From an uncultured delta proteobacterium (lineage in GTDB: Bacteria; Myxococcota_A; UBA9160; UBA4427): 64,000 nt of DNA. The notes below the pieces were generated by a model. That model was not told where the DNA came from. It worked only from the letters and a program-made list of their open reading frames with translations, and searched no databases. The position numbers and the translations under genes were made by a program. The stretch is taken from NCBI GenBank assembly GCA_963822965.1, contig CAWGJT010000001.1:96001-160000 (forward strand). The letters run 5' to 3'. The stretch's first letter is position 1, and the number at the start of each line of letters is the position of its first letter. This document shows positions 57,718 through 64,000 of the stretch, piece by piece.

Positions 57718-58383
57718 TCAGGGCACGAGGTAGCGCTTGCCGCGCTGCTGGAGCCAGCCGCTCTCCTTCAGCTCCTTGACGGCCCGCGTCACGGTCTCGC
57801 GCGAGGTGCCGATCATGTCCGCGATCTGCTGGTGGGTGAGCGCGGGTGTGATGCGTCGGTTCTCGGTACCCGAGTCGTTCCGCGCGATGCGTGCCAGCAG
57901 GCCCTTGGCCCGGTCCTTGACGCGCTGGAACGAGACCGACGTGGCCTGCTCGTCGGTCTCGCGCAGGCGCCGGGTGAGCTCCTGGATGAGCGAGAGCGCG
58001 AGATCCGGGCTGTTGCGAAGCAGCGCCAGGAAGTCGCGGCGCGAGAGCGCCGCCAGCACCGAAGGCTCGAGGGTCCGCACACTCGCCGAGCGGGGCGAGT
58101 GGTCGAGCAGGGCCATCTCGCCGAAGAAGGCTCCGGCCTCGAAGAAGTCCAGGATCTTCTCGCGCCCGTCGTCGGACAGCTTGGTGACCTTCACGCGGCC
58201 GCTTCGGATCACGTACATGTAGTCGCCGGTGAGCCCCTCCTCGACGATGATCGAGTTCTTCGGGTAGCGGCGCTCGATCAGCAGCGCGGCGATGTTCTCG
58301 AGATCGGTCTCGCCTACCCGGGAGAAGAGCGGAACCACCCGCAAGGAATCCAGCACGTCGGCACTCACTCCGGATTCGGCCAT
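57718..58383 (-). CDS. Crp/Fnr family regulator (cNMP-binding)
   Basis: FGEMALL...RSASV; LTHQQIADMIGTSRETVTR. Confidence 0.93.
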   Translation of the reverse strand: MAESGVSADVLDSLRVVPLFSRVGETDLENIAALLIERRYPKNSIIVEEGLTGDYMYVIRSGRVKVTKLSDDGREKILDFFEAGAFFGEMALLDHSPRSASVRTLEPSVLAALSRRDFLALLRNSPDLALSLIQELTRRLRETDEQATSVSFQRVKDRAKGLLARIARNDSGTENRRITPALTHQQIADMIGTSRETVTRAVKELKESGWLQQRGKRYLVP

Positions 58384-58431
58384 TTCCCCATCACCCCCCG
58401 TCTTCAGTGGTTCCGTTCGCGCAGGCCCGGC

Positions 58432-59580
58432 TCAAGTGAGCTCGTGGCGGCCGACCTGCCGCAGCCTGGCTACCAGTGCCCGAACGTCCGAACCCGCGTC
58501 CAGCTTGGTGACCAGGATCACATCCCCTGTATCGACCACGACGAGATCTTCTACACCCAGCAGGACGGCCAGCCGGCCATTCGACCAGACGAGGTTGTTC
58601 CGGGCGTCCTCCAGGATCGCCTGCCCCCCGAGGACGCGGTTTCCCGCTGCCTCGCTCGGGGAGCCCCGCCCGGGGCGTCCCACCCCCAGCTCCTGCGCCA
58701 GGGAGGCCCAGGTGCCCACGTCGCTCCACCGGAAGGAGACCGGCAGGGTCCACACCCGGTCGCTGCGCTCCAGCACCGCCACGTCGATGGGCAGGGAGGG
58801 TGCGCGGCGGTAGGCGCTCTCGACGGCCACCCGGCTGTTCGGACGCGGACGCCGATCGCCCGCGGCGCGGCCACCGGGGGCGCGCCCGGGGCGCAGCGGT
58901 GCCAACGCGCGGTGCAGCTCCGGCGCGTGGCGCTCGATCTCCACGAGCAGCACGTCCGCCCTCCACAGGAAGATGCCCGAGTTCCAGCGATAGTCGCCTC
59001 GACGCAGGTAGCGTCTCGCGGTGGCCAGCGGCGGCTTCTCGACGAAGCGCCGCACCACCTGCAGGCGCGGGAAGCCTGGAGCGGGCTTCCCGCTCTGGAT
59101 GTAGCCGTAGCCCGTCTCGGGCCGCGTCGGCTCGACGCCGAGGGTCACGAGCACCTCCGCCTCCGCCGCCGCTCGGGCCGCGAGGCGCACGTCCTTCACG
59201 AAGGCGCGCAGGTCCGACACGTGGTGGTCGGCGGGAAACACCGCCATCACGGCGTCCGGGTCGACGGCGTGGATGCGATGCGCCGCCCAGGCCACGGCCA
59301 TGGCGGTATTGCGACGTCGCGGCTCGACGAGCACGCGTGCCGCCGGCAGCCCCGTCTCCCGACGCGTGGCAGCGGCCTGCTCCGCGCCGCACACGATCCA
59401 GATCCGGTCGTCCCGCGCGACGCGACGAGCCCGGTCGAGGGTGGCGTCGAGCAGGGTCCGATCGCCCAGCACGCGCAGGAAGTGCTTCGGGCGCGCGCGC
59501 CGGGAGGCGGGCCAGAACCGCTCGCCGGCTCCCCCCGCCAGGATCACCGCGTGAACGGGCGGGGCCCCCTTCCGCGTCAC
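58432..59580 (-). CDS. manC: Mannose-1-phosphate guanylyltransferase (no PMI domain)
   Basis: ILAGGAGERFWPASR..PK, EP..RNTA, PETGYGYI, FVEKP, WSDVGTW. Confidence 0.92.
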   Translation of the reverse strand: MTRKGAPPVHAVILAGGAGERFWPASRRARPKHFLRVLGDRTLLDATLDRARRVARDDRIWIVCGAEQAAATRRETGLPAARVLVEPRRRNTAMAVAWAAHRIHAVDPDAVMAVFPADHHVSDLRAFVKDVRLAARAAAEAEVLVTLGVEPTRPETGYGYIQSGKPAPGFPRLQVVRRFVEKPPLATARRYLRRGDYRWNSGIFLWRADVLLVEIERHAPELHRALAPLRPGRAPGGRAAGDRRPRPNSRVAVESAYRRAPSLPIDVAVLERSDRVWTLPVSFRWSDVGTWASLAQELGVGRPGRGSPSEAAGNRVLGGQAILEDARNNLVWSNGRLAVLLGVEDLVVVDTGDVILVTKLDAGSDVRALVARLRQVGRHELT

Positions 59581-59670
59581 GCGTCCCCCGGTCGCGGCAC
59601 GCTCAAGGCGCACTGCCGGCGCGCACCGGCGGCCGGCGCCGACGGAACCGCGAAACGACACGGGCCGCCA

Positions 59671-60987
59671 TCAGCGACCGACGCTGACATAGTGGAAGCC
59701 GGCGGCCTGCATGCTCTTCGGATCGTAGATGTTCCGCAGGTCGATCAGGATCGGCTCCGTGAGCAGCTCCTTGATCCGGTTCAGGTCCAGCATCCGGAAC
59801 TCGTTCCACTCGGTCACGATCACCAGCGCGTCGGCACCGTCGCAGACCTCGTAGGCGTCCTTGCAGAGGGTCAGCTCGGGGATGCGGACGCTGACCTCCT
59901 TCATCGCAGCGGGGTCGTAGGCGCGCACCTGACCGCCCCGCTCGAGGAGCCCCCGCACGATGTCCACCGCCGGCGCGTCCCGGATGTCGTCGGTCTCCGG
60001 CTTGAACGAGAGCCCGAGGATGCCCACCTGCTTGCCCGCCAGGTCGCCCGACAGGGCGTTCGCGATCTTGTCGAGCATGCGAGCCCGTTGGCGCGCGTTC
60101 GCCTCGATGGTGGCCTCGACGATGCGGAAGTCGAGACCGAGCTCCCGCGCGAAGAAGGCGGCCGACAGGGTGTCCTTGGGAAAGCAGGAGCCGCCGTAGC
60201 CCGGCCCCGCGTGCAGGAACTTCGGGCCGATGCGCCGGTCGAGCCCCATGGCGCGGGCCACGTGCTGCACGTTCCCGCCGATCTTCTCGCACACGCTCGA
60301 GATCTCGTTGATGAAGGAGATCTTGGTGGCGAGGAAGGCGTTGGCGGCGTACTTGGAGAGCTCGGCGGTGGGCACGTTGGTGAGCACGAAGGGGGTCTCG
60401 TTCAGGAAGAGCGGACGGTAGAGATCCTTCACGATGGCGAGCGCCTGCTCGTCCCCCGGCTCGGTGCCGATCACGACGCGGTCGGGGCGCATGAAGTCAC
60501 CGATGGCCGCGCCCTCGCGCAGGAACTCCGGATTCGAGGCCATGCTGAAGCGAAAGTCCTTGCCGGCCGCGTCGAGCTCCTCCTGGATCCAGTTGCGCAC
60601 CTTGAGCGAGGTCCCCACCGGCACCGTGCTCTTCGTGACGACCACCTTGTAGCCTTCCATGTTGCGGCCGATCTCCCGGGCGACCGTCTCGACGAAGCGC
60701 AGGTCCGTGCTGCCGTCCTCCGCCGCCGGCGTGCCCACGGCGATGAAGACGACCAGCGCGGACTGGATCGTTTCCGCGGTGTCGGAGGTGAAGGCGAGCC
60801 GCCCGGCCTTCACGTTGCGCGCCACGAGCTCCTCGAGCCCGGGCTCGTAGATGGGCATCTCGCCGCGGCGCAGGGACGCCACCTTCTGCTCGTCGTTGTC
60901 GAGACACACGACGTTCACGCCGAACTCGGAGAAGCAGGCTCCGGTCACCAGACCGACGTAGCCGGTCCCGATCACTGTACAGTTCAC
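59671..60987 (-). CDS. ugd: UDP-glucose 6-dehydrogenase
   Basis: GTGYVG, KSTVPVGT, NPEFLREG, GYGGSCFPKD. Confidence 0.95.
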   Translation of the reverse strand: MNCTVIGTGYVGLVTGACFSEFGVNVVCLDNDEQKVASLRRGEMPIYEPGLEELVARNVKAGRLAFTSDTAETIQSALVVFIAVGTPAAEDGSTDLRFVETVAREIGRNMEGYKVVVTKSTVPVGTSLKVRNWIQEELDAAGKDFRFSMASNPEFLREGAAIGDFMRPDRVVIGTEPGDEQALAIVKDLYRPLFLNETPFVLTNVPTAELSKYAANAFLATKISFINEISSVCEKIGGNVQHVARAMGLDRRIGPKFLHAGPGYGGSCFPKDTLSAAFFARELGLDFRIVEATIEANARQRARMLDKIANALSGDLAGKQVGILGLSFKPETDDIRDAPAVDIVRGLLERGGQVRAYDPAAMKEVSVRIPELTLCKDAYEVCDGADALVIVTEWNEFRMLDLNRIKELLTEPILIDLRNIYDPKSMQAAGFHYVSVGR

Positions 60988-62009
60988 TGGGAAACCTCCC
61001 GTATCTCCTGCCCGCGGCGACGGGCCTTCCCCGGACCGTCGCTCGCAGCCGTCATCCATCCCACCATGCCGCGGAGGCCCGCGACCAGGTCCACCCGCGG
61101 CTCGAAACCCAACTCCTCGCTCGCGGCCTCGACCCCGGCCCAGCTCCGGCGAACGTCTCCCACCCGAGCCGGCTCGTGCACGATGCGCGGCTCGCGCTCG
61201 AGCACCTCTGCGACCCGTGACGCCAGATCGACCACCCGGGTCCCGCGCCCGCTCGCCACGTTGAAGCAGCAGCCCGAGGCGCTCGGCGCATCCGCCGCCA
61301 GGCGGTTGGCCCGCGCCACGTCGGAGACGTGGATGAAATCCCGGGTCTGCGCGCCGTCCCCGTGGATCCGGATCGGCGCCCCCCGGCGTGCCGCGTCCAG
61401 GAAGCGCGGGATCACCGCGGCGTAGTCGCCGTTCGGGTCCTGACGCTCGCCGTACACGTTGAAGTAGCGCAGGGCGACGGTTTCCACGCCGTGGACGGTC
61501 GCGTAGAGACGCGCGTAGTGCTCGGCCGCGAGCTTCTGCACCCCGTAGGGCGAGATCGGGCGGGTGGTGTCGTGCTCGCCCAGGGGCGGCGCGTTCCCGT
61601 CGCCGTACACGGCGGACGAGCTCGCCAGCACGACGCGCCGGCAACCCTGGCGACGTGCCGCCTCCAGCACGGCGAGGCTGCCGCCGAGGTTCACCTCGTG
61701 GGTGTGGACGGGCTCGCTCAGGCTTCGGGGGACCGACGCGATCGCGGCCTGGTGGAAGACGACCTCGACGCCGTCCGTCGCCGCAGCGAGGGCCTGCTCG
61801 TCGCGGACGTCGGCTCGCAGGATTTCGATCCGGTCGCGAACCGCGGCGAGGTGGGATTCCCGCCCGGTGGAGAAGTCGTCGAGTACGCGCACCCGCCAGC
61901 CCTCGCGCAGGAGCTCATCGACCACGTGGCTTCCCACGAAGCCCGCCCCGCCGGTCACCAGCGCGCGGCGGGCCGCCCCACCGACGACGACTCCCGTTCC
62001 GCCGGCCAC
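60984..62009 (-). CDS. NAD-dependent epimerase (UDP-Glc/GlcNAc 4-epimerase-like)
   Basis: VTGGAGFVGS, SSSAVYG, YGVQK, RYFNVYG. Confidence 0.9.
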   Translation of the reverse strand: MAGGTGVVVGGAARRALVTGGAGFVGSHVVDELLREGWRVRVLDDFSTGRESHLAAVRDRIEILRADVRDEQALAAATDGVEVVFHQAAIASVPRSLSEPVHTHEVNLGGSLAVLEAARRQGCRRVVLASSSAVYGDGNAPPLGEHDTTRPISPYGVQKLAAEHYARLYATVHGVETVALRYFNVYGERQDPNGDYAAVIPRFLDAARRGAPIRIHGDGAQTRDFIHVSDVARANRLAADAPSASGCCFNVASGRGTRVVDLASRVAEVLEREPRIVHEPARVGDVRRSWAGVEAASEELGFEPRVDLVAGLRGMVGWMTAASDGPGKARRRGQEIREVSQ

Positions 62010-62010
62010 T

Positions 62011-62970
62011 TCAGCCCTTCCCGTCGAGCCAGGCCACGAAGCGCTCGAGGCCTTCCTCGAAGCCGACCCGCGGCGCGTAGCCCAGGGCCTTCCGGGCCGC
62101 CGTGATGTCCGCCAGGGTGCGGGGGACGTCGCCCGTCACCGGGGGTTGGAAGTCCTTGCGGGCCTTCGTGCCGAGCGCGCGCTCGAGCAGCTCGATCATC
62201 TCCAGCAGCTGGATCGCGCGACCGGCACCGAAGTTGAGGATCGCGTAGCCGAGGGGCGTATCGACGGCGCGAACGAGACCGTCCGCCACGTCTCCCACGA
62301 AGGTGAAGTCGCGCAGGACCGAACCGTCGCCGTAGATCGGGATGGGATCGCCCCGGCGCATGCACTCCGCGAAGTGCCGGATCGACAGGTCGGGACGCTG
62401 CCGCGGTCCGTAGGCGGTGAAGAAGCGCACGCAGGTGACGTGGAGCCCGTGGGCGCTGTGGAAGGTGTGGGCGATCAGCTCCCCGGCCTTCTTGGTCGCC
62501 GCGTAGGGGGAGATGGGACGGTCGACCCGGTCCGTCTCCAGGAAGGGCCCGCTCTCGCGCTCCCCGTAGACGGAAGACGAGGAGGCGAAGACGAAGCGCG
62601 GCACGCCGTGCCGCACGGCTGCCTCGAGCAGCACGGTGGTGCCGTTCACGTTGACGTCCGCGTAGGCGGCAGGCCGTTCCAGGCTGGGCCGCACGCCCGC
62701 CAGGGCCGCGAGGTGCACGATGCAGTCGAAGCGGGTCTCCCCGAGCACCCGGGCCAGGGCCGCCGCGTCGCGCACGTCCCCGCGCACCAGTCGGAAGCCG
62801 GGTCGAGCGAGCGCCCCTTCGAGGTTGCGGAGCTTCTCGTGCTCGGGATAGAAGGGATCGAAGGAGTCGAAGCCCGTCACCTGCCGTCCGTCGGCAAGCA
62901 GCAGGTCGACGAGGGTGGATCCGATGAAGCCCGCCGCGCCCGTCACGAGAACCGATTCGGCGCGACTCAA
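62011..62970 (-). CDS. NAD-dependent epimerase (UDP-glucuronate 4-epimerase-like)
   Basis: VTGAAGFIGS, HLAALAGVRPS, YAATK, GPRQRPD; TTG start with AGGA RBS. Confidence 0.9.
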   Translation of the reverse strand: MSRAESVLVTGAAGFIGSTLVDLLLADGRQVTGFDSFDPFYPEHEKLRNLEGALARPGFRLVRGDVRDAAALARVLGETRFDCIVHLAALAGVRPSLERPAAYADVNVNGTTVLLEAAVRHGVPRFVFASSSSVYGERESGPFLETDRVDRPISPYAATKKAGELIAHTFHSAHGLHVTCVRFFTAYGPRQRPDLSIRHFAECMRRGDPIPIYGDGSVLRDFTFVGDVADGLVRAVDTPLGYAILNFGAGRAIQLLEMIELLERALGTKARKDFQPPVTGDVPRTLADITAARKALGYAPRVGFEEGLERFVAWLDGKG

Positions 62971-64000
62971 TGTCCTTCTCCCTGGGCCGGCTTCGCGTGC
63001 GTCCCGTGCGGCTCGGATTCCTCCTCGGCGTTGCCCTCGTGTGCGTGCAGGAGGCCGAGGTTCCGGAGCAGGCGGAAGGTCAGCAGGATCACCGCGACGA
63101 GCAGCGCCAGGGCCCAGTAGCCCGAAACCGAGCGAAAGGCGACCGCGATGATGCAGAAGCAGCTGGTCAGGAAGTAGAGCGAGAGCACGGCCTCCCGCTG
63201 GCTTCCCCCGGACACCTCCAGCAGGTGATGGTGCATGTGCATGCGGTCGGCACCCATGATGCGCCGGCGGTTGCGGAAACGCCGGACCACGGAGAGCGCG
63301 GTGTCGAGGAAGGGCACCGCCAGCGCCATGAGCGGGACGATGAAGGTGAGTAGCGCCGTCTTGCGGTAGCCGGAGAGCCCGACGACGGCGATCGCGTACC
63401 CGATGAAGTAGGCGCCGGCGTCGCCCAGGAAGATACGCGCCGGGGGGAAGTTGAAGGGCAGGAATCCGAGCTGGGCGCCCACCAGGGAGACTCCGATGAC
63501 CACGCCCAGGTACTGGCCGGACCCCCAGCAGATGATCGTGAGCGTCGTGACGATGATGGTCCCGAGCCCGGTCGCGAGCCCGTCCAGTCCGTCCATCAGG
63601 TTCATGGCGTTGGTGACGGCCACGATCCACAGCACGGTCGCGGCGAAGGCCAGCCAGAGGGGCAGCTCGAAGGTCATGCGCGAGATCGGCTCGGTGAGGA
63701 AGTCCAGCCGGAACCCGACCCCGAAGGCGATCGACGCCGCGACGATCTGGAAGACCAGCTTCACCCGGGCTTCGAGGCCGAAGCGATCGTCCCAGGCCCC
63801 CAGAGCGAGGAGCAACACGCCGCCGACGAAGAAGCCGCCCAGGCGGAGCAGATCCTCCGGGCTCGTCCGGCCCAGCCAGGCGAAGGCGCTCAGCCCGACC
63901 GCGCACCCGACGACCACCGCCACGCCGCCGAGGAGGGGGATGTTGGGGCGCTTGTTCACCTTGCGCGCGGAAGGCCGGTCGACGACGTCGAGCGCGAGCG
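62967..64000 (-). CDS. WecA/TagO (MraY family) undecaprenyl-phosphate sugar-1-phosphate transferase, 5' end outside window
   Basis: PLLGG, GAWDD, NAMNLMDGLDGL, IFLGDAG, HMHH. Confidence 0.92.
   Translation of the reverse strand, partial: LALDVVDRPSARKVNKRPNIPLLGGVAVVVGCAVGLSAFAWLGRTSPEDLLRLGGFFVGGVLLLALGAWDDRFGLEARVKLVFQIVAASIAFGVGFRLDFLTEPISRMTFELPLWLAFAATVLWIVAVTNAMNLMDGLDGLATGLGTIIVTTLTIICWGSGQYLGVVIGVSLVGAQLGFLPFNFPPARIFLGDAGAYFIGYAIAVVGLSGYRKTALLTFIVPLMALAVPFLDTALSVVRRFRNRRRIMGADRMHMHHHLLEVSGGSQREAVLSLYFLTSCFCIIAVAFRSVSGYWALALLVAVILLTFRLLRNLGLLHAHEGNAEEESEPHGTHAKPAQGEGH

Overview
High-GC chromosomal window, mostly minus-strand. Gene content and order suggest a Myxococcota-like (former deltaproteobacterial) bacterium; this is inference. 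It holds gltX, tRNA-Gln(CTG) and tRNA-Glu(CTC) flanking a type IVa pilin cluster (two pilins, a pilG/H/I-like accessory ABC system, pilD), a 68-bp tandem array after tRNA-Glu, a DEDDh exonuclease, and a sigma54-preceded pair of ECF sigma factors. Next come PilZ, ppdK, glyQS, recO, a Tgl-like pilotin locus, TCA genes (korAB, sucCD, mdh, icd), aspS and a GGDEF enzyme with the Hypr (3',3'-cGAMP synthase) Ser signature. The rest is DUF1329/YCF48, an ABC1 kinase, arg genes split by a J-protein/lidless-Hsp70 module, hslUV-xerC-trmFO-dprA-LysM(TsaP-like), and the end of a polysaccharide cluster. No transposase, prophage or CRISPR was seen. The main unannotated signal is a recurring sigma28-like promoter (T[C/A]A[A/G]G-N15-GCCGA[T/A]) ahead of scattered pilus and cyclic-dinucleotide genes, two of them apparently leaderless. 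All calls come from motif reading only. Many start codons were adjusted by eye and are approximate.
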